Shown: positions 28,003 through 35,978, counted from the first letter of the stretch. The stretch is 64,000 nucleotides of DNA from an uncultured Rickettsiales bacterium (GCA_900550565.1 URSG01000001.1:14456-78455), one strand, 5' to 3'. Numbers and translations are program-made. Notes: generated by a model not told the origin, from the sequence alone.

Positions 28003-28362
28003 TTATTTTTTCTTGGCTGCTGGTTTCTTTGCAACTGGCTTTTTAGCAGGTGCTTTTTTCGCAACAACTTTTTTTGCAGCAGGTTTTTTTACCGCTACTT
28101 TTTTAGCAACAGGTTTTTTTGCTGCAACTTTTTTTGCAACTGGTTTCGCTGCTGGTTTCTTTGCAACAACTTTTTTTGCTGCTGGCTTTTTAACCGCTAC
28201 TTTTTTAGCAACTGGTTTTTTCGCCGCTACTTTCTTTGCAGCTGGTTTTGCTGCTGGTTTCTTTGCAGCAGGTTTTGCCGCTGGTTTTTTTGCCGCTGGT
28301 TTCGCAGCAGGTTTTTTTGCAGCAACTTTTTTCGCTGCTGGCTTCAAGAATGTGAATGCCAT
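28003..28362 (-). CDS. Histone-H1-like Lys/Ala/Pro-repeat basic protein (119 aa)
   Basis: [26 protein letters not shown]... built almost entirely of [10 protein letters not shown] units. ATG 28362 behind an AAGGAGAG SD is preferred over the track start 28395. Has its own terminator. Confidence 0.7.
   Translation of the reverse strand: MAFTFLKPAAKKVAAKKPAAKPAAKKPAAKPAAKKPAAKPAAKKVAAKKPVAKKVAVKKPAAKKVVAKKPAAKPVAKKVAAKKPVAKKVAVKKPAAKKVVAKKAPAKKPVAKKPAAKKK
28010..28340 (-). repeat. Coding tandem repeats (12-15-nt AAKK/PAAK units; a ~25-aa block [25 protein letters not shown] occurs twice)
   Basis: Visible periodicity in the DNA and in all three translated frames on both strands. Confidence 0.85.
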
Positions 28363-28465
28363 TCTTCTCTCCTTTTTACTTTTTGGATAGAACAAATTTT
28401 TTTGTTCTTACTTTGTATTTTATACGAAACATAAAACAGAGTAAAGAAGAAAGTGCATTTTTTTA

Positions 28466-29128
28466 TCACGAATATAATTTTTTAAATCCATTTTCTATTT
28501 TTCTGACGTATTCAACATCGTGATCACGCCAATATTTTGGATTACGCATCATACGTCGCAAATCATTATCAGATAAATTTACATCATCACCATCGGCGGT
28601 TTGAACGTCTGGTTCCATTGATTGCATCATTCTGTATATGCCTTGGATTCCCTGGGGTGTAGCGCACAACGCATCAAACGCATCACGTGGTAAAAACTTT
28701 TCACCAAACGCGTTTATCTGTTTAATTGCTTCGTTCATTTTATCTGTTCCACCAAAGAAATTTTTCAGTTCAGAAATTGCTGCGGCTTCGTTTTGTTGTG
28801 CGAACAAATCAGTTATCACTGGTGATAAAAATTCTTGGGCAATGTCATAAATTTTTGTGACCTGAGACGACGTCAACCCAATTTCAAAAAATTTTGCGCG
28901 TAAATTTTCATCATCAAACAAATCATTTTTCGGATATTCATCGGCGGCATTTGGCACGCCAATCGCGCGTCTGAAACGATTGCGCGTATCATCATCGGCA
29001 TCATCAGACGGCACACTTATCATCGTTCCGATTTTCTTTTCCAGTGCAGAATACGATTTTATCAACGCATCAGCGTTTAATGTTCCGTCGTCATTTTGAA
29101 ATTTTTCAGGAATTTTTTCCATTTTCAT
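28466..29128 (-). CDS. Capsid scaffolding/assembly protein
   Basis: The acidic helical protein starts IPEKFQNDDGTLNADALIKSYSALEKKIG, a pattern common in podovirus scaffold proteins. Located upstream of the capsid gene. Confidence 0.55.
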   Translation of the reverse strand: MKMEKIPEKFQNDDGTLNADALIKSYSALEKKIGTMISVPSDDADDDTRNRFRRAIGVPNAADEYPKNDLFDDENLRAKFFEIGLTSSQVTKIYDIAQEFLSPVITDLFAQQNEAAAISELKNFFGGTDKMNEAIKQINAFGEKFLPRDAFDALCATPQGIQGIYRMMQSMEPDVQTADGDDVNLSDNDLRRMMRNPKYWRDHDVEYVRKIENGFKKLYS

Positions 29129-29322
29129 TTTCCTTTGTTTTGATTATTTGATTTGCGAATAAAATAAATTCCACCCAACGTGAACAATGCCTGGCACAGA
29201 ACAAACACATCACTGTCGCCGACCAAATACGCCGCAATCGCAGACATTGCGCCAACTGCTGACATAATGTGTGTGCGCCTGTCTGCCAGCCAGCCACCAC
29301 GAATAATTTTTTGCATATTCAT
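29125..29322 (-). CDS. Holin-like small membrane protein (two TM helices, basic C-terminus)
   Basis: 65 aa; TM1 IMSAVGAMSAIAAYLV, TM2 VFVLCQALFTLGGIYFI; tail KSNNQNKGK. Follows the lysin gene. Confidence 0.45.
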   Translation of the reverse strand: MNMQKIIRGGWLADRRTHIMSAVGAMSAIAAYLVGDSDVFVLCQALFTLGGIYFIRKSNNQNKGK

Positions 29323-29324
29323 TT

Positions 29325-29741
29325 TTAATCCTGTAAATAAAACAGTATTCCATCAACATCGGCGATATAGCCACGCGACATCGCCCACTGTGGCATTTCA
29401 TCTGTGCGATGAAAACGTGTCGCGCCAAAGCACGAATCGCCCAGGTTTCCACGCAACATTCGTCGCGCCACACGCAAACACATTTGAAATGCACGCGAAT
29501 CCGGGGCAACGCCCAATAATTTATGTCGCGCGTTATCTGGGCATAGCGATGGGAACAACGTGGCATCGTTTATAATTACATCTGGGGCAACGCCGGTGGC
29601 ACGTGATATATTCGCTATCATTGACGTGAACGCTTCTGTCACAGACAATGATGTTGCACCTGTCTCGGCATAAACAACGCGCGCGATTTTATATGCCGCG
29701 CCCTGTGACGCATCTGGATTTTTTATCAGTTCAAGTTGCAT
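29325..29741 (-). CDS. Cell-wall hydrolase (SleB/CwlJ Hydrolase_2-like), putative endolysin
   Basis: ARVVYAETGATS...MIANISR pattern resembling the YAEARGE...NR motif of the SleB-type hydrolase domain. First gene of the cluster. Confidence 0.5.
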   Translation of the reverse strand: MQLELIKNPDASQGAAYKIARVVYAETGATSLSVTEAFTSMIANISRATGVAPDVIINDATLFPSLCPDNARHKLLGVAPDSRAFQMCLRVARRMLRGNLGDSCFGATRFHRTDEMPQWAMSRGYIADVDGILFYLQD

Positions 29742-29772
29742 ATTTTCCTATCCTGTTGTTTGACGTTTTCGG

Positions 29773-29834
29773 AAATAAAAAAAACCGCGTGATTTACGCG
29801 GTCAAAAAATAAAAAAATCCGCACCAAGCGCGGA
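29773..29834 (-). terminator. Two tandem intrinsic terminators after birA (insulating the phage-like cluster)
   Basis: On the minus strand: TCCGC-loop-GCGGA followed by U7, then ACCGCGT-loop-ACGCGGT followed by U8. Confidence 0.7.
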
Positions 29835-29936
29835 CAGAATCTTTACTGTTGATGTTTATTATAATATCACAAATCACATAAAAAGTCAAGCGCACATTTT
29901 ATCATCACGTCACACGCCCCAGAATTCGGGCATTTA

Positions 29937-30602
29937 TTACATACTGATTTCGTCACCGTATGCCAATAAATATTGCGTTCCGCGCCGCAAGACCAGCGCA
30001 CCAGATTCATTTATTCCAATCAATTCTACGTTTTCACCACGATAACGCACAACCTTGTTCAATGCCGTCGCCAGTTCCATCCACCGCGCACGCACCGTGG
30101 CAAAATCTGTTCGCATCCATTTGTCCAGATTGCGCATCAAACGATTTAATAAATCCGTCCGTTCTATGTCGGCATAGCGTTCCAATTTAGTCGTCTGGTA
30201 TTCAGGCACCGTTGGATTAGATTTGATATTTATTCCAATGCCAACAACCACAAACGCACCGGCATATTCAATCAAGACCCCACAAACCTTGGCACCGTCA
30301 ATCAGAATATCGTTCGGCCATTTAATTGTTGGACGCACCCCAAATGAAATCATCGTTTCGGCAATCGCAACCGCCACAACATACGCCAGGCGTGGGTCGC
30401 GATTTTCAGACGCAAAAATAAAACTGGCATACAAATTACCGTGATGCGAAACCCATGTCCGACGATACCGACCACGACCTGCCGATTGTGCCTGGGCAAC
30501 GACAACGGTGTGTCCACGCGCCGCACCACGCGCAATCAAATCCAGCGCGTATGTCTGGGTACTGGGGATTTTATCAAACGAAATCAGTTTATACCCGGCC
30601 AA
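29937..30602 (-). CDS. birA: Biotin--[acetyl-CoA-carboxylase] ligase, group I (no N-terminal HTH)
   Basis: GRGRYRRTWVS (GRGRxGRxW) motif. 221 aa, so no room for a DNA-binding domain. Confidence 0.88.
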   Translation of the reverse strand: MAGYKLISFDKIPSTQTYALDLIARGAARGHTVVVAQAQSAGRGRYRRTWVSHHGNLYASFIFASENRDPRLAYVVAVAIAETMISFGVRPTIKWPNDILIDGAKVCGVLIEYAGAFVVVGIGINIKSNPTVPEYQTTKLERYADIERTDLLNRLMRNLDKWMRTDFATVRARWMELATALNKVVRYRGENVELIGINESGALVLRRGTQYLLAYGDEISM

Positions 30603-31038
30603 TTTTATACACCCCGTTGATGTTTTTAATCAAATCGTGTCCATATACCCGGCGCAGTTGATATATCGCCGTGTCAACCGTATGGGTTGTTGCGCGTGGC
30701 GAATACCCCAGTGCCGCACGCAGTTGCGTGCCGGTCATACCGCCACTTTTCTGTAATAAAACGATTATTTGGCGTTGCAGCGGTGCCAACGTCACATTAT
30801 GTCCGAACACCGATTGAATAATATTTGTATTATCCATCGCCGCCAGTATCAAGGACTTTAATTCCAATGGACTGCAATGATTTGGGACATTTATTTCATC
30901 AAAATTGACCGTTGCAATATCAGGCGCATCTACCACCACCGCATTTAAATCGGCCAGCACCGAACGCCACACCGCATCGCCAGAATAGATTTTGATTCCA
31001 GTCAACATACAATCAGGATAATAGATGAAATTATTCAT
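30589..31038 (-). CDS. Winged-helix DNA-binding protein (OmpR/PhoB-type effector-like C-terminus, no receiver domain)
   Basis: C-terminal LAPLQRQIIVLLQKSGGMTGTQLRAALGYSPRATTHTVDTAIYQLRRVYGHDLIKNINGVYKI. Overlaps the birA start by 14 nt. Confidence 0.55.
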   Translation of the reverse strand: MNNFIYYPDCMLTGIKIYSGDAVWRSVLADLNAVVVDAPDIATVNFDEINVPNHCSPLELKSLILAAMDNTNIIQSVFGHNVTLAPLQRQIIVLLQKSGGMTGTQLRAALGYSPRATTHTVDTAIYQLRRVYGHDLIKNINGVYKIGRV

Positions 31039-31097
31039 GTCCAGGGAAAAAGACCGCGCGACGCGCGGTCAAAATTGTATCCAATAAAACAAATCTG

Positions 31098-31343
31098 TTA
31101 TTCGCGACTGGTATCACGTGGGTCAATAAACTTGGTAAAATCGCCGATATTTGCACCCGTTGACGATAAAATTTTGGAAATGCTGTTTGTTGACGGCCAG
31201 CGTGGTTGTCCTTCGCGGGACCAACGCTTGCTGCGGTTAAATGTGGTTGGGTCCAGTCCACTGCACTTTGCCAACCCAGAACACGACATACCGTGTTCAT
31301 CAGCGAATCGTTCTATTGCGCGCCATACATCTTCGTGTGTCAT
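31098..31343 (-). CDS. Stand-alone HTH protein resembling the N-terminal domain of alphaproteobacterial S24/LexA-like phage repressors
   Basis: GMSCSGLAKCSGLDPTTFNRSKRWSREGQPRWPSTNSISKIL pattern. No peptidase domain follows. Confidence 0.6.
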   Translation of the reverse strand: MTHEDVWRAIERFADEHGMSCSGLAKCSGLDPTTFNRSKRWSREGQPRWPSTNSISKILSSTGANIGDFTKFIDPRDTSRE

Positions 31344-31515
31344 GATTATCTCCTCTGGTTATGTCATAGGGTCAATCCTATACCGTGATTTTATTCCACG
31401 TTTCCCAGACCAGCAACAAGCACGATTTCCTAGGATTATCAACACGTTAGGCAATAAATCCCGTTGGCATAAAAACCTATGAAAAATTGTCGCAAAATTT
31501 TTTTGACAAAAAATA

Positions 31516-31544
31516 TTGACAAATAACAAAAAATGTATTACATT
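31516..31544 (+). promoter_or_regulatory. Sigma-70-like promoter of the candidate sRNA
   Basis: TTGACA - 17 nt - TACATT. A second TTGACAA copy lies 13 bp upstream (31503-31509). Confidence 0.5.
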
Positions 31545-31547
31545 TCG

Positions 31548-31734
31548 ATTCGTCAAAGGGGGCAACCCCAAAGACAGGGGTTCAGGGATTCAGACTCCCT
31601 CCTACATTCTCTCTCCTCTGGACTCTGGGCCCCACCCAATTTGACAGTTTAGAATGCCCATTTCTTTTTCTCCTTTCCTTCCTTTCGGGGCATTCGGAAA
31701 CACCGCCGGACGAAACTGGCGGCGTTTTTCTTTT
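31548..31734 (+). ncRNA. Candidate ~185-nt trans-acting sRNA with CU-rich (anti-SD) single-stranded segments
   Basis: Promoter-to-terminator unit with no credible ORF. GNRA-capped hairpin (31558-31569). 8-bp stem GAATGCCC/GGGCATTC enclosing a 28-nt CU-rich loop. CUCCCUCCU and CUCUCUCCUCU tracts. Terminator CCGCCGG-ACGAAA-CTGGCGG followed by a T-run at 31703-31734. Confidence 0.5.
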
Positions 31735-31752
31735 ATTGATTTGTGCGATGAT

Positions 31753-32682
31753 TTATTTTTCAAATACAGCAAACAGTTCCCAGTGCGCGCTGCCCACAAA
31801 TTGGTCCACAGGAATCAGTTTACGAACGGCGTATCCGCCATCGGTCAACACGCGCGCGTCACGCATAAATGTTTGCGGATTACAAGACACATAAATAACA
31901 CGGGCAACGTCTGACTTTACAATTTCTTGGCATTGTGCAAATGCGCCAGCACGCGGCGGATCCATCACCACACAATCGTATGTGCGCAACATTCCGACCG
32001 TCAATGGGTGCGTAAATAAATCGCGACGCGCCCCAGTGCCAACAATATCAAATCCATCGGCATTTAATGCAAATGTAAAGTTTCCCAGTCCACAAAACAA
32101 ATCGGCCACACGGTGCGCGCCATCGGCCGCTGCGACAACCATACGGCGTAATTCATCGGCACTGGCAATCGTCGGCTGCAAGAACGCCCCTGATGGATAC
32201 GGGACCGCGTGGCCGTCAAAACTGACCATCGGGGTTGCACGCATAACAATCGCACGCCCGTTCCACGTGACGCGAATCACCGACGACGGCAATGCGTCAA
32301 CCGCATTACGAAATCCGGCTGAAAAATATGGAACATTTGACGTAATCGCAATATCCAATCCGTTATCGCACCACGTCACCAGGCACGCCCCTGCCCCGTC
32401 CCACGGCAAAGACGCCAACGCCGGCACGATGCTATTTATTTCTGGCACTAAATTCGGACACGACCGCACAGGAACAATATCTTTGGCACGCGCAGCATAA
32501 AAACCAAACCCACCACCTGCAAATGCAAAATCTGCGCGGCGACGCTGACCGGCCGGCGTCCAGACCGGCGCGCCAGTGGGTGCAACATTGCGCAACAGTG
32601 CCAATTTCTGGTCACGATAATCAGGTGCAGAAAAATCAAATTTGCACCCACCACACACACCAAAAAAAGGACAGGTTTTCAT
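31753..32682 (-). CDS. SAM-dependent RNA (uracil-5)-methyltransferase, RlmD/TrmA family, short form
   Basis: N-terminal Cys cluster CPFFGVCGGCKF. SAM-binding and DPPRAG motifs. Confidence 0.75.
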   Translation of the reverse strand: MKTCPFFGVCGGCKFDFSAPDYRDQKLALLRNVAPTGAPVWTPAGQRRRADFAFAGGGFGFYAARAKDIVPVRSCPNLVPEINSIVPALASLPWDGAGACLVTWCDNGLDIAITSNVPYFSAGFRNAVDALPSSVIRVTWNGRAIVMRATPMVSFDGHAVPYPSGAFLQPTIASADELRRMVVAAADGAHRVADLFCGLGNFTFALNADGFDIVGTGARRDLFTHPLTVGMLRTYDCVVMDPPRAGAFAQCQEIVKSDVARVIYVSCNPQTFMRDARVLTDGGYAVRKLIPVDQFVGSAHWELFAVFEK

Positions 32683-32696
32683 CTGTGACCTTTTGC

Positions 32697-33353
32697 CTAG
32701 AAATTCAAACGCACACCGGCACGGAACTGGTGCGCGGTTGGCGCATAATCAGGCACTGCGTCAAATTCAGGTTTCAGCATATACAGATAGCGATACCCCA
32801 GGTCAACCGTAAAATATTCCCCCAGTTCAAATCCAACACCGGCCAAGGCTGAAAAAACACCGCTGATTTTTCTGCCCAGGTGCGCGTCATCAGATGAATT
32901 CCACGACAAACCTGCGCCTGCGCCGACATACGGGACAATGTGCTGGCTGGCAAATACGCGATACAGACTGTCAATGCGTGCATCAAATATTGCGTTTAAC
33001 ATCGCAGTATCGCCTGTCATTTTAAACGCGTTCCAATGCGCGTCTGTGCGGATATAATTCGCCTCAACACGAAATGTGTCCACCGGACGAACGCCGGCGA
33101 CCACTTCAAACGACGACGTGTTCTTGCCAGAAATATGCGTCATATCATCAGACGTATAATTTCCCCACATTGAAAAATTATACATTCCACCAACATAGAA
33201 ACGATGAACGCGTGCAAACGCTTCGTCATCGTTGCCAGAGATTTCACTGGCCGGGACAACAACCTGTTGCACGCGATACGGAATTGCCGCGTTCGCCGCA
33301 AATGGCAACATACACATAAAACAGAATAATAATTTAGTCTTCATATTTTCCAC
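32697..33353 (-). CDS. Outer-membrane beta-barrel protein (Omp25/Omp31/OmpA-like small porin family)
   Basis: Signal peptide, alternating beta-strand pattern, C-terminal ...RAGVRLNF. Confidence 0.7.
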   Translation of the reverse strand: MENMKTKLLFCFMCMLPFAANAAIPYRVQQVVVPASEISGNDDEAFARVHRFYVGGMYNFSMWGNYTSDDMTHISGKNTSSFEVVAGVRPVDTFRVEANYIRTDAHWNAFKMTGDTAMLNAIFDARIDSLYRVFASQHIVPYVGAGAGLSWNSSDDAHLGRKISGVFSALAGVGFELGEYFTVDLGYRYLYMLKPEFDAVPDYAPTAHQFRAGVRLNF

Positions 33354-33358
33354 CCATA

Positions 33359-34126
33359 TCAGAAATTCACACGAAACGACGCCATAACGTCACTGATACT
33401 GTTTGCGCCACCGTGACGCGTATCCCAGCCGAATCCATCGCCAATCATCAGGCGGTATTGATACATAACATCAACCCCGATTAAATCAGTCAACATTATG
33501 TTAAACCCGGCCGCTGCACGTGGCGCAGCAATAACAAATCCGTCGGCACCACGCGCGCCTTCAAACTGATACTGGCCCAAACCGGCACCAACACCAATAA
33601 ACGGCACAAATGTGCGACGACGTGTGACGTCACCCGTCTGGACATAACGACGTGCCAAATCAAAATACAACATCGTCCCAACCGTGTGATACGTCGCCTG
33701 GACATCGTCCAGGTCAGAAAATTCAAACGTTGATTCCTGGAAATCAAATTCGCCACGCACGAACGACGACAAATTCCACCCCAGTCCGATTTGTGTTGAC
33801 CAACTGCCACTGCTTTTATATTTATGATTGTTGAATTTCGCCTGGTCTGTTGCGAACCCCAGGTTTAATCCTGCGCCGGCGCGAACATACATCGTCGTCG
33901 GAATAAACATACGAATATCAGGATTGTTCACCGCGCCGACCGTCTGGTACACATCTGCGCCCAGTTCACCCGGGGCAACATCTGGGATAACGTCCACATT
34001 TGCGCGCGCACTGATTAAATCCAGTCCTTCGCCCACTTCGGCTTTGAATTGTTTATCACTGTATCCGGCCATTGCCACCGACGGCAATATAATCGCCAGA
34101 ATTCCAAAATATGATATTTTTCTCAT
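33359..34126 (-). CDS. Outer-membrane beta-barrel protein, paralogue of the preceding gene
   Basis: Start moved to ATG 34126 (MRKISYFGILAIILPSVAMAG). C-terminal ...MASFRVNF. Confidence 0.7.
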   Translation of the reverse strand: MRKISYFGILAIILPSVAMAGYSDKQFKAEVGEGLDLISARANVDVIPDVAPGELGADVYQTVGAVNNPDIRMFIPTTMYVRAGAGLNLGFATDQAKFNNHKYKSSGSWSTQIGLGWNLSSFVRGEFDFQESTFEFSDLDDVQATYHTVGTMLYFDLARRYVQTGDVTRRRTFVPFIGVGAGLGQYQFEGARGADGFVIAAPRAAAGFNIMLTDLIGVDVMYQYRLMIGDGFGWDTRHGGANSISDVMASFRVNF

Positions 34127-34216
34127 CAAACTGTACCCATTTACTTTTTGCTTTAAAAAAATTTTATCATAAATTGCAACTTGATTCCAGCCCCTTTTAT
34201 GCGTATGATTTAACAC

Positions 34217-35038
34217 ATGAACAAAAATTCAGACAAAAAAATTGCCCTGGTGGCAGGGGCGTTGGCCCTGCCGTTTTTTACGCGCGACGCATTACGACGC
34301 GCGGGCTGGGACGTATATATCGTCGGGCTGAAAAATTTTGTTGACCCAAAATTAAATCCTGACATTACCGTTCGTCTGGGTGGGGCGTGGCCTGCAATTC
34401 GCCAATTCCGCCGTCGTGGGATTCGCAAACTGACATTTGTTGGCGCGCTGGGGCATCCGAATTTTGCCGATATACGACCAGATTGGTGGTCATTCGGATT
34501 ATTGCTAAGCATTATGAAACATCAACGTGGATACGATTCTATGGGGGTTGCATTGAACAAGGCACTTGAAAAACGCGGATTTGAAATCGTCGCCGCCCAG
34601 GATGCGGCACCAGAACTGGCATTTGAAACCGCTGGGATAAAGACTAAAACAAAACCCAGCAAGTCAGACGCACGCGATATTGAACGCGCGATTGACGTTT
34701 CACATACGATTGGCGCGGCCGACATTGGCGCGTCTGTTGTCGTTGACAAACAGGTCATCGCGGTTGAGGCTGCCGAAGGCACCGCAAAAATGTTGGACCG
34801 CGTGGTTGATATGCGCAAAAACAAACGTCGCGCCAGTGGCGTATTTGCAAAGATGACCAAACCTGGCCAGGATTTGCGTATTGATATTCCGGCGATTGGC
34901 GTTGACACTGTGCGCGCAGTCGCGGCGGCACACCTGCGCGGAATTATTGTAAATGCAAAAACGTGTTTTGTTGTTGACAAAGCGGCCACTATTCGTGCCG
35001 CCAACGATGCAAAAATATTTATCGTTGCAGTGGAATAA
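34217..35038 (+). CDS. lpxI: UDP-2,3-diacylglucosamine pyrophosphatase LpxI
   Basis: DUF1009/LpxI pattern: IALVAG...; ADIGASVVVDKQVIAVEAAEGTAKMLDR. Confidence 0.8.
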   Translation: MNKNSDKKIALVAGALALPFFTRDALRRAGWDVYIVGLKNFVDPKLNPDITVRLGGAWPAIRQFRRRGIRKLTFVGALGHPNFADIRPDWWSFGLLLSIMKHQRGYDSMGVALNKALEKRGFEIVAAQDAAPELAFETAGIKTKTKPSKSDARDIERAIDVSHTIGAADIGASVVVDKQVIAVEAAEGTAKMLDRVVDMRKNKRRASGVFAKMTKPGQDLRIDIPAIGVDTVRAVAAAHLRGIIVNAKTCFVVDKAATIRAANDAKIFIVAVE

Positions 35039-35039
35039 A

Positions 35040-35066
35040 AAAACGGGGCGTTGCCCCGTTTTTTAT
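35040..35066. terminator. Bidirectional terminator between lpxI and the FKBP lipoprotein gene
   Basis: ACGGGGCG-TT-GCCCCGT hairpin with A and T runs. Confidence 0.75.
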
Positions 35067-35395
35067 TTAACAATATCTTGGACCGTCACCTTGAATACGA
35101 CGGACTGGCCTGCCAGTTCTGGGTAATAATTTTCTGGGAATGTGATATTGATGTCACGTGTTTCGCCACGCGCCATACCAACAACCTGTTCTTCAAACTC
35201 TGGGACGAATTGACCACTGCCCAATGTCAGTTTATACCCAGTGGCCGTGCCACCATCAAACTGGACCCCATCTTTGAATCCGGCAAAGTCAATTACAACT
35301 GTGTCGCCATTTTTCGCAACATCATCTGCATTGCTGTCGCACGCGCCCAACAACATCGCACCGGCCATTGCCGCCGCAGACATAATTTTTTTCAT
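35063..35395 (-). CDS. Lipoprotein consisting of a trigger-factor-type FKBP (PPIase) domain
   Basis: Start moved to ATG 35395 (AAAGGAAAG SD). Lipobox LLGAC. GDTVVIDFAGFKDGVQFDGGTATGYKLTLGSGQFVPEFEEQVVGM...VVFKVTV parallels the Tig PPIase domain. Confidence 0.7.
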   Translation of the reverse strand: MKKIMSAAAMAGAMLLGACDSNADDVAKNGDTVVIDFAGFKDGVQFDGGTATGYKLTLGSGQFVPEFEEQVVGMARGETRDINITFPENYYPELAGQSVVFKVTVQDIVK

Positions 35396-35414
35396 TACTG
35401 CTTTCCTTTGGCTG

Positions 35415-35978
35415 TTAGTTATTATACACACATCTGAAACCGTATTCGCGCATAGTGACGCCTTCGGCCTCTATTCTATAATCAAAGAACGGGGTTGGGC
35501 GCATCACATCAAACGACGGGCGGTCATACACCATAACAATACTGTCGGCATTACGGCCACATACGCGTTTCATTTCATAGTCCGCGACGTGTCCCAATAT
35601 TTCACGGGCGTCGCCATCAATATCCATACCGTCGGCATTCTGCACCAGGCGCAGGCGCATTTCACGCATATCGGTATTGCCCAGCAAAATCTGGACCCGA
35701 ACCATTGCGCCCTTGTATTCCTGCCACCGGGTTTCCATACGTGACGTTTTCCATTTATTATTAGACTGTTCCTTTTCGGCCGCAGTTTTCGGTTTGTATG
35801 AATCAATATTAGAATACTGATTATCAGACTGCATAAACGTGCTGGTCCGTTCGTTGTATAACGGTGCGTCGGCCCCACCATTGGCAAAGTCTGTTTCATT
35901 GTATGGCGCGTCAGTATTCGTGGCACAACCGCCCAGAATCAACGCACCGCAAATCATACACAGCAAGGATTTTTTCAT
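35415..35978 (-). CDS. Lipoprotein, unknown function
   Basis: MKKSLLCMICGALILGGC lipobox. No further motif. Confidence 0.55.
   Translation of the reverse strand: MKKSLLCMICGALILGGCATNTDAPYNETDFANGGADAPLYNERTSTFMQSDNQYSNIDSYKPKTAAEKEQSNNKWKTSRMETRWQEYKGAMVRVQILLGNTDMREMRLRLVQNADGMDIDGDAREILGHVADYEMKRVCGRNADSIVMVYDRPSFDVMRPTPFFDYRIEAEGVTMREYGFRCVYNN

Larger units (their letters stand above)
17463..29741 (-). mobile_element. Podovirus-like late-gene cluster (mini-prophage, remnant, or GTA-like locus) with an embedded plus-strand dnaB/regulator module
   Basis: Co-oriented lysin, holin-like, scaffold, capsid, adaptor, nozzle, split terminase and portal genes. No integrase, TerS or tail fibre recognised. 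Bounded by terminators on both sides. Confidence 0.7.

Noticed and set aside
27991-28434. Plus-strand ORFs of 147 and 125 aa (Phe/Cys/Trp- or Ala/Gly/Phe-rich) opposite the H1-like gene.
   Set aside because: They are frame artefacts of the Lys/Ala/Pro coding repeat. They have no SD, an implausible composition, and the minus-strand gene has an SD, promoter and terminator.
31654-31914. 86-aa plus-strand ORF and a 65-aa minus-strand ORF in the sRNA region.
   Set aside because: They have no SD, a low-complexity Pro/Phe/Ser composition derived from the CU-rich tracts, and they overlap the methyltransferase gene end and the terminator.
35040-35066. Recurring ACGGGGC-N3/4-GCCCCGT hairpins (also near 2078, 17439 and 42294), considered as a REP/MITE-like dispersed repeat.
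   Set aside because: Each lies exactly at a gene 3-prime end with a T-run, so they are ordinary intrinsic terminators with a preferred stem.
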